A stretch of DNA of 57,868 nucleotides from Octopus bimaculoides (taxonomy: Eukaryota). Both the position numbers and the translations under genes were made by a program. Below the pieces are notes generated by a model. That model had not been told where the DNA came from. It saw nothing but the letters and a program-made list of their open reading frames with translations, and searched no databases. Positions 11,308 to 24,930 of the stretch are shown here, one piece after another. Within the stretch, counting starts at the first letter, position 1, and every line of letters starts with the position of its first letter. Location: positions 24,258,238 through 24,316,105 of the forward strand of contig NC_068988.1 of NCBI RefSeq assembly GCF_001194135.2. The letters run 5' to 3'.

Positions 11308-12894
11308 CATATACGATCAGCTCCCACTCGCACGCAAGCATGTATGCATTTAGAAAGAATTAAGAATTTAATACCATGTTCGCTGGTAAAATTGATGAGA
11401 CTTTCTTACTTTCTAATAATTTATTTCTTTAATAAAAGGTTTGCATAATGGATCGATGAATCGATTTGGAAAAGAAACAAAGTCACTTTAAATCGGCTTA
11501 TTAGACTAAAGTATTAGTGATCGTAATAATTATTATTAAACGAAGGCATCAGCAAATGTTTCGCAATGTATCAATGACGAACTGGTCACTGTCAAATTTC
11601 TGTAGAAGCCAGTAATTATTGAACTCAACTGTCTTCATAAAAATTGCAAGAACTGTAATTAGCAACATTAGCTAAAACTTGATAAAATAAAGAAACAACT
11701 TTAAAATGTGAGTGTTATCCTGGTTTGTGGAGGAGAATTATAGCTTCGGCGATATCGAAAAAGGCCAGTTGATAGATTTTAATGTCAATCAAACACAGAA
11801 TTAAAGAATTAGGACTGAATTATAAATGGTTAATTAAACTAAACAGAAGAAAAAAAGATTAAGAAAATAAATAAAATTAAATGAAATAGAATGTGTTGTT
11901 GATATCAGTCCAAATTTCCAGAATATAAAGTACACGGACCAACAGCTTCGTAACAAAGGGAAAATGATTCATGGATTATAGAAAATTCTAGCGAGTTGTA
12001 GGAAAGTTGTTGTTAAAGTAAACTGTATGATCGAATGTTCGCACCTCTCGAATATTATTTTTACACATTTCGCACTTTGAGTTTCTAATGCCTTACATTA
12101 CCCGCTGGAAGCCTCGATACCATACAGCAAACACACCAAATACACACTGACACCAAGAGTGGCTGCGTCAGCATTCTCCTCCAAGAACAAGGTAACATAA
12201 AAGCTAGTCTTATGAAGAAAACACCATCGCACCGCACACCATTTAAACATTCAGCTGGATCTCTCAGACTAACTCCTATTGTTGGTTCTAACAATTCCTG
12301 AAAATATTTTCTTAACGAAAAAAAAAATGGTTGACATACCAGCGACTAAGTCATGTTTTCCGAGACAGAATATATTTCATTCTGCAACAATTTTTCATAC
12401 GCTACAAAGATCAGATGATATCTACTAAGAAACAATGCTCTATCTACACACAACTTACACACACGTCATTGGCCTCCTCCTAAGAAGCATAACCTGATTA
12501 ATTGGTATAACACCAATTACAGAGTCGCTGCAAGTTAATACCACAGGCGAAGTATCTGTATTTTCTGCGTTTCTACCGTTGTTTTTGTTAATCAACTTTC
12601 CTACGTCTTGTTGGTTGAGGGGCATACTGACTCGCTTGGGGTATTTCCGTCTCACTTCATTCTTCCCCTCTCTCTCTCTCTCACCTCTCTTTCCACTTCT
12701 CTCTTCCACTCTCTTTCTGACATTCATTTTGCTGTGTACAACTCTTGCACAAATCGCGACAGATTGGCCTTCCAGTAAGTTCGTCTTATACTAAGGAAAC
12801 ATGAAAAAGAATAGCAAGATCGTTGCTGGGTTTAAGAAAAAAATAATAACAGTGAGAGATAAAAACGAGAAGGTATGTGTGCTGAAAAAAAAAC

Positions 12895-13028
12895 ACACAT
12901 ACATACATGCATACATACATAGATGCATACATGCATACATACATACATACATACATACATACATACACACACATACATACATACATACATACATACATAC
13001 ATACATACATACATACATACATACATAC
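12895..13028. repeat. (ATAC)n microsatellite
   Basis: Direct reading. Confidence 0.95.
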
Positions 13029-13378
13029 CGGGATATGTAACACACTGCCTAAATACTAATCCTGAGAAATTAGGCTTCTCAAAACCAGAAAGGAGAAAGC
13101 TAATTCGAAGACTACATATCCAATCCATCACTACAACTGTAAAATCTGTATCACTTTCCTGAAGTTTATCATTTAAATATATACATATATATGAGCATGT
13201 CTATATGCATGAGGATACGTACGTAAAACATACAAATCTGCACATACATACGTACATACATACAAAAAAAATACCCTGTTGTTGATGTTGAAATTCCAAT
13301 TAAAGGAACCGTGGATGTACGTTACAAACCGGTTCTTTCTCTATTGGCAAGAAATCTTAAAATAAACTGAATAATGAC
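13029..13378 (+). mobile_element. 3' end (ORF C-terminus plus 3'UTR) of an R4/Dong-like non-LTR retrotransposon inserted in (ATAC)n
   Basis: Reads GYVTHCLNTNPEKLGFSKPERRKLIRRLHIQSITTTVK then, after a 1-nt frameshift, ICITFLKFII* (stop 13174-13176). This parallels the G-x-V...L..LG...IQ.....T.KI..K C-terminal pattern of REL-endonuclease ORFs (recalled). ATAC/AC repeats lie on both sides. Confidence 0.65.
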
Positions 13379-14619
13379 ACACACACGCATACATACTTAT
13401 ATACATGTAGATAGGTAGATTAATAAATGAGACTAGACAACGCTCACACCCACCCACGTAAAATCATGAAAATATTCCAACACTCAAACACATGTTCTGT
13501 CACTCATGTAGCATTAAGCTAACACCATGTTCATCATATAATATCATTCTTTCTGTATTCATTTCGTTTTAAAACTTGCTTTTGTTTATTTATATTTAAC
13601 ATGAGATGTGCGTGGCTGACTACCTTTCTGTGAGTGCGTGTGTGTATGTATGTGTCATTATGTGTGCGTGCGTGTATGTGAGTGTATCCTGGAAGAAGGC
13701 TGTGTTAATAATAATAAGACCAAGTGATCCAGCAAAACTTTCCAGGCATCCAGTTGCATACGTAAATTTTAAATTCGACATAGGTCTGTTCTTTCCCAAT
13801 CACTGAGTTACTTTAAAAAGTCGTTAGCAAATTTTACGTAATGGAAGACAGAAATTAAACATTTCAAGTACCACCCATGCTTCTTAAAAACTCTCTCCAT
13901 CATCAAAGATGTTATTAAGTAGTGGCATTTTTAAAAGCCAAGCCCTCCATGTGTCTGTAAATTGCATGCATTAAGCCGATTGCTGTTGATTTTTATAAGC
14001 ACGAGGAGACAACGGAATGGATATCATACTTACAGAAGACTTCAGTCTGAAGATGTTTCAGTATATTATTAGATTTTACGCAGCCGAAAAATTAATTTTA
14101 TTTTAGATTTTACAGTTATATTTTAGATTATATATTTAGAAATAAATGGGATTGGTGTTGAGAGATTTAGAAGAAACTATATATCATTTATCAATCAGAG
14201 TGTATGGCTAGTTATGGAAGTTATGGAGTTTGTCTCTGAACTTTATCCAGAAATACATTACAGCTCTGTCATTAACAGTTGATTGAAGGCGTCTATCTGA
14301 AAATTGTGAAATTGTGCTGAGAATTTATTGAAACAAACAATGTATCACAAATTTTATTATATTACGCTGCACACATGTATACGTATGTATATGACGCATC
14401 ATATGTCTGTGTGTGTGTCTGTGTGTGTGTTTGTGTGTGTGCTTGTATAATTATATATGTATACACATATATATACATATATATGTACACATATAAATGT
14501 AATGTTCGTTATATATATATATATATATTATATGCGCATGTATGCATGTACATACATGCACAAGCACTCTCACACACATAGAGTCTTGTGAAGTGATTAA
14601 TATGTAAAATGTATGTGTG

Positions 14620-14634
<15 letters not shown>

Positions 14635-14669
<35 letters not shown>

Positions 14670-14787
14670 GAAAGAGAGAGAGAGAGAGGGAGAGAGGGAG
14701 AGAGGGAGAGGGATAGAGACAGACAGACAGATAAAGAGTGAGAGAGAGAGACAGACTGACAGACAAACACTAACAAAGTGAAAGAGT

Positions 14788-14840
<53 letters not shown>
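14635..14840. repeat. Compound (AG)n/(GACA)n/(GATA)n microsatellite
   Basis: Direct reading. Confidence 0.95.
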
Positions 14841-14842
<2 letters not shown>

Positions 14843-15342
14843 GTGTGCGTGTGTGTATTCAATCAATCCGTCCGAAATCTAATTGATTGATAGAATATTC
14901 GTGAAACGTGATGGGATTCACGAAATCCTCCAGTAATATAATTATATAGTTGTGTAAATAGGATTCTTATTAGTTCGGAACCAGTTATTCACGCCCGTAT
15001 CTGTTGAAATATGTTGCAATTATAGGTGATCGCATACATACACAATTTCTTCATACTATCGAAGTAGATTCTAGGATTTATGCCTGTAAGATGATGCATT
15101 ATCCAGATTGCAGTATTTTTCTTTGCAGAGACGCCTAAACTCTAAGACATAAATTTGGTCTGATGAAGGACGAAAGGTCCATTAAATGTTTATAGTAAAT
15201 TCATTGATGGAAGCACTACCAACGGATATCATTTTAAACTATTTGTCTTTTTGATCATCTTGTGTGAAATTTGTTAACTAGAGATGAATCAAAAATCTCA
15301 ACATTGATGCCCTTGTTTGCGTTTAATTAAGTCATATAAATA

Positions 15343-15575
15343 TATCAGGTCATCCCATGTCTTATCCGAATTTTGAATAAAGAAAACAAGTCATCAAATG
15401 TTATATTTAATTCAAATTTAATCATCAATGTACTTTCCCTGATTATCTATGACTTCCTTCCATCGATGTACGGGCGCGTGGCTGAGGTGGAATCCGTAAA
15501 AGAACTCTTTAAAGCTTTGATTTTGATTTTTAAAGAATTTGTCCAATTTCTGGGGTGCATTTACTTTTACGCCCC
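15343..15575 (-). mobile_element. Mariner (Tc1/mariner) transposon 3' end: transposase C-terminus plus TIR
   Basis: Minus-strand frame ...LDKFFKNQNQSFKEFFYGFHLSHAPVHRWKEVIDNQGKYIDD* matches the mariner C-terminal RW-x-x-V-I-x-x-x-G-x-Y-I motif. It is followed by an AT-rich UTR and the terminus TA-TCAGGTCATCCCA at 15343. Confidence 0.8.
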
Positions 15576-15616
15576 ACATAATCGTTGTATTAATAGTCAA
15601 TATTAGAACTTAGCGT

Positions 15617-16023
15617 AGGAGTGGCTGTGTGGTAAGTAGCTTGCTTACCAACCACATGGTCCCGGGTTCAGTCCCACTGCGTGGCATCTTGGGCAAGTGT
15701 CTTCTACTATAGCCTCGGGCCGACCAAAGCCTTGTGAGTGGATTTGGTAGACGGAAACTGGAAGAAGCCTGTCATATATATGTATATATATATATATGTA
15801 TGTGTGTGTGTTTGTATGTCTGTGTTTGTCCTCCCAACATCGCTTGACAACCGATGCTGGTGTGTTTATGTCCCCGTAACTTAGCGGTTCGGCAAAAGAG
15901 ACCCATAGAATAAGTACTAGGCTTCCAAAGAATAAGTCCTGGGGTCGATTTGCTCGACTAAAGGCGGTGCTCCAGCATGGCCACAGTGAAAAGACTGAAA
16001 CAAGTAAAAAGGTAAAAAGAGTA
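15617..16023 (+). mobile_element. Bipartite tRNA-derived SINE family B, full length
   Basis: Head ggagtggctgtgtggtaag...gggttcagtccc; CORE/MIR-like word caccttgggcaagtgtctt in the family (this copy reads catcttgggcaagtgtctt); internal (TA/TG)n; right half ending in (gtaaaaga)n. Strongly similar to 27941-28350. Confidence 0.93.
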
Positions 16024-16479
16024 AGTGTCCGTACACCCCTTCCCATTTTCATTGTTTGAATTCCAGAAAAAAGTTACGCTGAAAGGTCATTGACAGTATG
16101 TTTACTTGTTGCTGGTGTTGTGGTTGATGATGCTGTTGTTTCTGGAGGCTTTACTATCGATCACTTTTATAGCTGTAATTGTGTCTATGCTTGGAGTGAT
16201 GATATTGGCGGTACTGGTGCTATGGGTGTGCAAATAACTTATTAAAAATCTCCTTACTGCGTCTTTAGACCTTGCTGTTAAAGTGGTCATTTTGTAGAGT
16301 TCTTTTCTCCTGTGTAAAGAAATTTCATGGTGTGTTATTAAACTTGATGTCGCTACTCTGCGTTGAAATTCCGCCGAAACGAACGCTTTTTCAAAACTTC
16401 GACACCGATATATAAAACTCCGATTATCAACTGATTCAGTTTCTCTTGCTTGCTCTATCTTTCTTCTTCCCTCTTGTAG

Positions 16480-16532
16480 TTGACTACGTCAAAGGACAAC
16501 GAGAGCTAGTTTCATGGGACTGTGTTTACCTC
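16480..16532 (+). CDS. Candidate internal exon (x-DYVKGQRELVSWDCVYL), product unknown
   Basis: A pyrimidine tract of about 35 nt plus TAG acceptor, a single open frame, and a CTC|gtgagc donor. No family recognised. Confidence 0.3.
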
Positions 16533-17264
16533 GTGAGCTTGCCAATTTTTTTAACAACATTCTATTGAAAAACAGCACAACTCATTAATTATACACATTC
16601 AATGAAATACCGACGATTAGAAACCGAAGCATCTACCAACGATATTACAGTGACTGTATCACTTGTCCATACATCTGTCACATTTCCCTTCTTTTCATTC
16701 TTATCCCAATAATCACCCGTCAACTCCAACCGCTCTGCCCTGCATATTTGAGAGCTTACTTATCCAACAGTTCCAATTTGTTTTCTATATGACAAACGGC
16801 TATTTGGAGGATTACCACACAATTTTATGAACCATTTCGGAATTTGCCGCCTAATTAACTTTAAAGAGGTTGTTCGAAAGCAGAAGAAAATTAGCAACAT
16901 CAACAACAAAATCAGAAATAAAATTATAAAACAAAAACTAAAAACATGTGCGCAAGTAGGAAAAAAAAGAAAGAAAAATGAAGATAAAATAACATCAATA
17001 AAACAGAAATGTGGTTTTAATTGTTCACACATGTATATATCATGTATAACACGTCTGTGACAAGTGAAGCGTGGTAGTGTCCGATTTGTTTTTCTAATCA
17101 GCTGTTCAACACATTTACATTTCTAAAGCTTCTCCTATTTTAATCAGGCGTGAATAAGGATAACAGATTTCAGCAGATTATACAACATTATGATTCGAAA
17201 CATTTCTTCATTGCCTATCTCACCCTCTAGTTTCTCTTTCTCTCTCTATCTTTATTTCTCACAA

Positions 17265-17267
17265 ACA

Positions 17268-17336
<69 letters not shown>

Positions 17337-17375
17337 TCTCTCCCCTGTATCTCTCTCTCCCTCTCCCTACTCTCT
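17265..17375. repeat. (TC)n microsatellite
   Basis: Direct reading. Confidence 0.95.
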
Positions 17376-17888
17376 CAATTTCTCTATTTATCTCCTTTTC
17401 TCATTACTTTAGCCATTTCGTTCAACATTTTTCAAAACTCTCTGCATTGTATCTTTGTCATCGTTCTGTTGATACACCCACCATTATTTTTATTTATTTA
17501 TTTTGTAAATTTTCGTCTTTGCCTCATTTTACTTCATTCGCATTGAAGTTATTGCTTAATATATGTTTTTTTAAATTCTCGTTTTATTTTCAATCAAACA
17601 AGATTGAAGCTGCTGAAATATATAGTGTATTATTTCGTTCGCTGTTGGTTTGAATTACTGGCAAGCGCCCATGCTGTGGACCCGATTTCACAGGATTTAA
17701 ACGATTGTATATCGTCCTTGCTATATCAAATTATACAAGTTTCACAGAACGGATGTAAAAAATAATAATAAAATTTTAGTCATTATGGATGGACGTTCCT
17801 AATTCGATGCATCAATGTATGTATGTATATTCATATTATGAATATATGCATGAATGTGTAGACGCATATTTGCATGAGTCTATGAGTG

Positions 17889-17938
<50 letters not shown>

Positions 17939-18869
17939 TTAAGCAACATATAGCTCAACCATACATATATATAACGGCTTTTACGCTTTATATAATCAAC
18001 ACGTGTTTTAGAATACCAGCGGCCGTTAATTATGTAAGCCAGTAGTCTTTGTTACGCTACAAAATGCAAAATACTTCGTCAGCATTACTGGCAAGAATAC
18101 AAAACAATGAAAGAAGTAGGCTCTTTTATCCAATAGTATGGAAATAAAAATAAGTTATTATAGTGGAATAAAATAGAGTAAAAAGAAACTAAAACCGTAA
18201 GAAATGTAACTTCAGAATTACACCCGTTTACTTGGTGACAAGAGTGCAGATGTTTGTATGTTCGAGTAGTTGGAAAAATTATTTACTCACAAGGAATTGT
18301 ATGTTAACCTTGAGAATTTTATGAATCTTGACAGTATCATTGGTAAAACAAATTCTGAACAATCAGCTCGGAATTTATGCTAACAACAATGAATCACTGA
18401 AATACACCGAGTATAGATAAAAGATAAAGACTGAAACCAAACACTCAATCATTGCTGAGAAATGTATCTAAAATGGCCATTTAATACAATTTAGTTCAAT
18501 CTATTCTATTGTGTAAATGTGAAATCTAATACTGCCAAGTGTTTGAAAATATTCGCCTCTCAAAAAACAAATTTTACGAAATATTCAAGCAGCAAAATTT
18601 CAAAATTAATTACCTTTACTTAAGGAATATGGGGGGAGATCATTGCATGATTTAAGCGGCTCAAGTCATATAAACATCGACCAAGCAAGAAACCAATCTT
18701 TGAATCTGCATTTGGAATTAAAAATAAATCTAGATATACTCAACCGCCAAAATATAGTAACTAAAATGTTTATCCTTGGGTAACAACTATTATTTGCTAT
18801 TTGCTTACCATTAGAAATTATAAAAAATGGCTAATATTTATCTCAAAGTTTGTTTTGTTATATTTATTT

Positions 18870-19025
18870 AAACCACAAATGATTCCTCTCAGTACATGGC
18901 TATGATACTCCCCCAGTGCTCCTACTCATGATCATAGATGCACATATTGACTGTCATTAAGGACAAGCTTAAGTGGTTAAGGTCAAGGAACTGAGCAGCA
19001 AATCTGAGATATTTAGCAGAATTTT
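18870..19025. repeat. Interspersed repeat family F, partial copy
   Basis: Aligns with 43620-43750 (gcttaa.tggttaaggtcaag...aaatctg.g...tt.agcagaat). Confidence 0.7.
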
Positions 19026-21349
19026 TCCATAACGATATTTCTGCTCCAGCAACTCAGCGCTGAATCTGTCTGAAATGTAGTAGAACATAGCTCAGCTTCA
19101 AAACTTTGATGTCCAAGTCACAAAAGCAAATTTTGAAGGGAATAGTAGTCAATTCTTATGATTTCTATATAGAAGCAAATAGGAAATAGCGACTACTGTT
19201 TCTCTTTCTTTTATTTCTTTTTCTTCTTTTCTACTGTTTTCTTTCTCCCCCTTCCTACTTATTATTAATATCTGATTTTTTCCTTTACTTTCTTTTCCCT
19301 GTAACAACTAACTTGTATAAGCAGACGCCAGGAGATTTTGTGCGCGTGCGAAGTTGTGCGTGCATACACATATATATACATTTGTATATATTTATGTCTT
19401 GCCTATATATGTCTGTATATGTATGCAGCCATGTACCTGTGTCTGTATGTTTAGTGTATATATGTATATTACAGATTGTTTGGTATGTGCATATACTGCT
19501 AAATGTATATGTAATGTAGCGTGCAAATTTTTTTAAACGGATATATCTTTTAATTTATTGATTTATTAATGTTTTGCAGCTAATTATTTACCCTAGGTAT
19601 TCAGGCCTTTTCCTTATTTATAAGCTATTTTTGATTTCAAGGTTTCTTCGATTTTTATAATAATATGATTTTAAACCGCAATTTGTTATTTCTTGCAACC
19701 GGTTATTGAAAAGACCGTTTGTTGAAAGGACCAATGAAACAAAAACTATTTTCAAATGTGTATCTATCAATTGTATATTTGTGCATATAACCTTATTTTT
19801 GCTTCACTCTAAACAAAACTGTCCGACGAACAGGAACGTGAAACTCTGAGTAACGGTTTTTGTCCTATTTTTGCTGCATTTTAATAAAATATATATATAT
19901 AAATCTTTAGTTAAATATATTCAATGAGAATATTATATACTGAATTTATATGGAGTGGTCTATTGTATCAAAGTATTAATACTATTAAAGTATTTATGTA
20001 TTTAATACGTATGTATTTAATAATATATTTTAAAATATATATGATATATTATAATATNNNNNNNNNNNNNNNNNNNNNNNNNNNNNNNNNNNNNNNNNNN
20101 NNNNNNNNNNNNNNNNNNNNNNNNNNNNNNNNNNNNNNNNNNNNNNNNNNNNNNNNNNNNNNNNNNNNNNNNNNNNNNNNNNNNNNNNNNNNNNNNNNNN
20201 NNNNNNNNNNNNNNNNNNNNNNNNNNNNNNNNNNNNNNNNNNNNNNNNNNNNNNNNNNNNNNNNNNNNNNNNNNNNNNNNNNNNNNNNNNNNNNNNNNNN
20301 NNNNNNNNNNNNNNNNNNNNNNNNNNNNNNNNNNNNATATATATATATATATATATATATAGGCTTCGGACTCTTCATAAACTTTTAAGGCAATATCAAT
20401 GCGCAATAAACAAACCGTGAAAGACAAAGATTTTGTATCAGAAAATAACAGTTTAATTAGGTACCGCAACTTCTGAATAATGTCCAACCAAGATGAAGTA
20501 TGTGAATTACAAAGTAATAGAATGTTGCACGCTGAAACTGTAACTAGCAAGGCAGTTAGTCTGTTTTACTTTGATAGTCAGTTCTGTTTTATCTCCTATT
20601 TGATCTCAATTAGAAGCGCACTGCTATGAACCGTTTTTACGCGTCCAACACTTTCAATGAACCAAACAGCGCTGATTTGAATATTGAACTGAATACTGTG
20701 TTGTAATCTATGACAAGCAATATTTCTAACGATCAATGTATGCATGAAACGGAGAATAATTATAGTAGAATGTCCCTTCAAAAGAAAGTACTGTAAATAA
20801 ACATTTTATGAGGACAATCAAATAACCTCACAATATAACACATTCGGAATAGAACCTGTAATTATCTCATATGGCTTAGAAGAATAGATTTTGAAACAGA
20901 TTTCCCAGAAATTAACAGCGCAGGCATTTTTTTTAATATAACAACTTTTCAAAATTAATTGCACTTTGCATGTTCGACAAATAAAATATCTTCAAATGTC
21001 AATGCTTTCCCTGGGGTAGAATACCTGAACAAGCTAGATAAGAATAGTGACACTACATTTGTAATAAGCAATAACGCATAAAACATCATGAAAGCTAACA
21101 GTAATGCCTGAAATAAGCATTAATAGTAATGAAGCCACTCTCAAATTAGATACGAAATTTTAAGGCGTAAAGTATATTTTATTCTTAACGATGGCAGGAA
21201 TAGTTTTGTACTCCAAACTTAGGGAAATGAAAATTTTCTAAATGCGATCTAGAGAAATTTAACAAACATACAGAGCTACGAAGAAGAATTAGAAATGTAA
21301 CTTGATTACAACAACTGCATAATACTAGTGCAACAATTAACTTGTTTAG

Positions 21350-21569
21350 ATATAATGGCTTCAAGTTTTGGCGCCAGTGCAGCACATTCGGGGGAGAGGT
21401 TAAATCGATTACATCGATTTCGATGCTCAATTTGTACTTATTTAAACGTAACCCGAAATAGTGCAAGCCAAGGTGGACCGCCGGAATTTGAACTTATAAC
21501 GTAAAGACGGACGAAATGCTGCTAATAATTTACTCCCCTGCAGTAACAGTTCTATCCGCTCACTGCCTT
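21350..21569 (-). mobile_element. SINE family A, old diverged copy
   Basis: gaatttgaact...gacgaaatgc...ccgctcactgcctta is the reverse complement of the family A head. Confidence 0.75.
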
Positions 21570-21584
21570 AAACTTGTTTCGATA

Positions 21585-21815
21585 TATTGCTTTCAAATTT
21601 TGACACAATGCCAGCAATTTAGAAGAAGGAAGTAAGTAGATTACATCGACCCCAGTGCTCAAATGGTTCTTATTTCATCGATCCTGAAACCTGAAAGGAT
21701 GAAAGTCAATGTCGACTCGACTTCGGTTTAATTTGAGCTCAGAATGTAAGCACGGACGAAATGCCGTTAAGCACTGTGCCCAGCGCGCTAACGATTCTGC
21801 GAGTGCACCAGCTTT
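21585..21815 (-). mobile_element. SINE family A, diverged copy in tandem with the previous one
   Basis: catcgaccccagtgctc...gaaaggatgaaag...gacgaaatgccgttaagc...ctaacgattctgc. Confidence 0.8.
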
Positions 21816-22124
21816 GATATAATAATAATAAAATTAAACAGAAATAAATTTCGTCTTACCTCTTGTAAGAACACCGGATAGAAGAACAACCTAGAGTGGA
21901 TAATCTAATATTGGAGTTTCGAACTTTCCTAATACGCATCTTATCGTATGTTCGGTTAGTCCTCATCAGCTAGATCTACCAAACACGAAATATTAAAATA
22001 TCCGTTACATCAATGTTAGAATATTAGGTTGAATGCCTAGCCGTAAATAGAACCGAATTCAGTGAAAAGGTTTTCATTAAAAAACATAAATAGAATAGTA
22101 TTATTTTCCAGTATTATTTTCCAG

Positions 22125-22226
22125 CTAAGGAGAGCACCGTAAAAGTAGAATTACAAATAGAAAATAGTGGTACAAGAAGGCACCGATTGTTGCTGGAAAT
22201 AACAGTCGATAATACTACGATCCTAT
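22125..22226 (+). CDS. Candidate symmetric (phase 1-1, 102-nt) exon: KESTVKVELQIENSGTRRHRLLLEITVDNTTIL
   Basis: ttattttccag acceptor, open frame, T|gtaaag donor, length divisible by 3. No family recognised. Confidence 0.25.
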
Positions 22227-24930
22227 GTAAAGCTTCGCTGAATATTCCTTTGTATATGTATGTATGTATCTAACTATCTATTTATCTATCAGTCTACCTA
22301 TCCATGTAGCTATTTATCTATCTATCCATCCATCTACCATTCCGTCTATCTACCTATCTATCTATCCATCTAGTCATGTCTGCATGATGACATTTTTATC
22401 CAGGTGGTTTTTTAACCCATATATCTATGCTTGTATATATATATTCACATACACGACGTGCGTACTCTCACGCGCATTTAATTAAGAGATTAGATAACTC
22501 AACTATTTTCCCTAAAATATAATTAATCTGACAGCGAGAGCAGTTCAGAATGAGATTTTATTTCTGATTAAAAGTCTTTTCTGTGACCCAGAGAAATGTT
22601 CTTATATAGAGCAAAACCGTTATCTTAGTTTCCGCAGACTTCCGACATCAAAGTTTACAGATACCTTGAGAAATGTCACGCATTGCTTCCTTGACCGTAC
22701 AAGGGACACTCTTTTATTCATTCTCTGGGGACATTCCGTTATTCATTCTCTGAAACAAGGGACATTCCTTTATTCATTCCCTGAATAACTAAATAGATTA
22801 AACGCCTTTACAAGAGGGTTTCAAATCATGCCACCCTTATACATTTTCTCGAGGTTTACGCCAATTTAATAATGCAGTCGACTTATTTAAACGTAGAGCT
22901 ACAAGTTTGTAGGAAAGCACTATAAGCTGTTTCTATTGTGATCAATACTTCACTTTTACTCAGTAATAATATATAATCTCACACCCAGAAAATGAAAAAA
23001 AGAAAATTAACGTAAATAGATGGCGGAAGTGTTTTAAATTATTTCTCGGTCGGTTCTTTCTTTCGACATCATCTACTGAAGCATCTAAAACTTGTCAGGT
23101 ATTTAGTTAGTGTTCTTATGATTGGTACGCGTACGACCAATTTCACAGATTATAAATATTAACAATTAAGGTACTTGGAAAGTAATGAAGCTGTTTATGT
23201 TTGCTTTTATCATATTCGGTGAAGCACACTTGGTTTATGCATAATTGGTTTAAGATTTAATTGCTCTCGCGAGAGACAGATGTTACTTCAACCCGTCTAC
23301 TATGACAGCCTTGTATTCTGATATTGTGATATGTGCATCTTTGATAATTTAGATCTTCTTGCGATTCCTTTTCCGGCTAACATTTCAATTAATTGGCATA
23401 TTTAAAGTTGAGAGTATGTTGAGGCTTGGCGATATGTTTACTTTAAAAACAAAATATTTGCTATAAGAAATGGTATTGCCTGCAGGTAGGAGGCGAGCGC
23501 AGAGATTTTAATCTTATCGCACCTACTCAAAACAGATCAACTTTCAATCTTCATTTGAAAGTTGGAAAACAAACAAAAATAAATAAAATAAAGCTCAAAA
23601 TTATAAGCCAAAGTTGTTCGTATGCGTAGTATATTTATTTCCATCACATTTTATTTCTACTGAATAGTTGCTTACATTACCCAAATTCAGAGTATCGATT
23701 TCATATTGTAAAACAAAGAATTTCTTATGCTCATGCGATATCAAAACTCAATAGCTGTATATCTGAAAGGTAATGTGGGAATCGGACCACATCCACAATT
23801 CTGTTTCATCGGTAACAAAAGGTAAACTGAAAGTGCGGCAGATGTCCATGCAAAGAACAGAATGAGGTTCCAACGGTCAAGCCTACTAAGATCCCAGCAG
23901 CTGCGATAGTCCTTGGGGGGAGGGGGTCTTCAGCAATGAGACAGATGTCATGCAAAGTGCGAAGTATTTTGCAGAGGACAAATGGTCTTCAAATCACGTC
24001 CTAATATCATATACAAAGGAAGGTGCCATGCTTTAATGGTCGCTATCGAAACAACTTAGGCTAACATAATTTTGCTGGATCGTGCCATACATGTATAAGC
24101 CTGGGCATATAGGTGTAATAAATATCTCAACTTCTAAAAGTACCAAACACGAAAATGGGTTTTAGACGGTCTTTAACCCGTATTAAATTGCCTAGTGTCT
24201 CTAAATAGGTTCTGCTGTCATAAGAAAATGAACGACTCAATGGTCAATATGGCTCTTGCTATATATATAACGGTGGTATTATAAAAGCAGCTCTAGAATG
24301 GTCTTAGCTTATACAACAAACAGTTTTCATTTAGATTAAATTAGACACGTTCTCAAAATACGTAGCTTTGAGAAAACTTATTTGCAAATATATTTGGAAT
24401 TTGGAATCAAATTTCAAAGTACGTCACCAACTGTGCTGACAGAGAGTTTATCTCCTATTATACAGAAGGTAAACTTCCACAATAATATCTTAAATATAGA
24501 GAAGCCATTAGAATTATAATGCAAAGTAAATATTTTTAGTAACGTTTATGCATTTACAAAGACATTAGTTCAAATACATGGAAATGAATATCTAAACCAG
24601 AATTTGAACTAAATTAGTGGATAATTTAATTAATTACAGCACTATCAGGATTATTATTTACATATTCAATATATTAAAAAGTATTTGCAGTTACAGAAAG
24701 TCAGTATCTGATGAATACTGAAGTTCTCAAATAAACACTATGGTTAAGATATGGCTAAACGTTCAGAGTTGCTACTACAATAGCTAACCTCATATATATA
24801 TATAAATATACATATATATTACAGTTCACAGCCATATGGCGTAGTGGTGAAGAGCACGGTCTACTATCCCCATGATAACGAGCTCGATTCCAGGCAGTAA
24901 CCTGAATAATAATAATAATAATAATAATAG

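Noticed and set aside
12088-12300. 70-codon open frame on the plus strand (CLTLPAGSLDT...VGSNNS)
   Set aside because: No acceptor or start codon, no recognisable motif, and within chance expectation.
12459-12479. Possible 21-nt minus-strand micro-exon (EEANDVC) with a gtaagt donor
   Set aside because: Weak pyrimidine tract and too short to support without reads.
15155-15185. CTGATGAAGGACGAAAGGTCC hammerhead-like words
   Set aside because: The GAAA sits in a hairpin loop; stems I and III cannot form.
16258-16309. Minus-strand exon candidate RKELYKMTTLTARSKDA
   Set aside because: Splice sites are plausible, but there are no supporting neighbouring exons or homology, and it conflicts with the plus-strand candidates.
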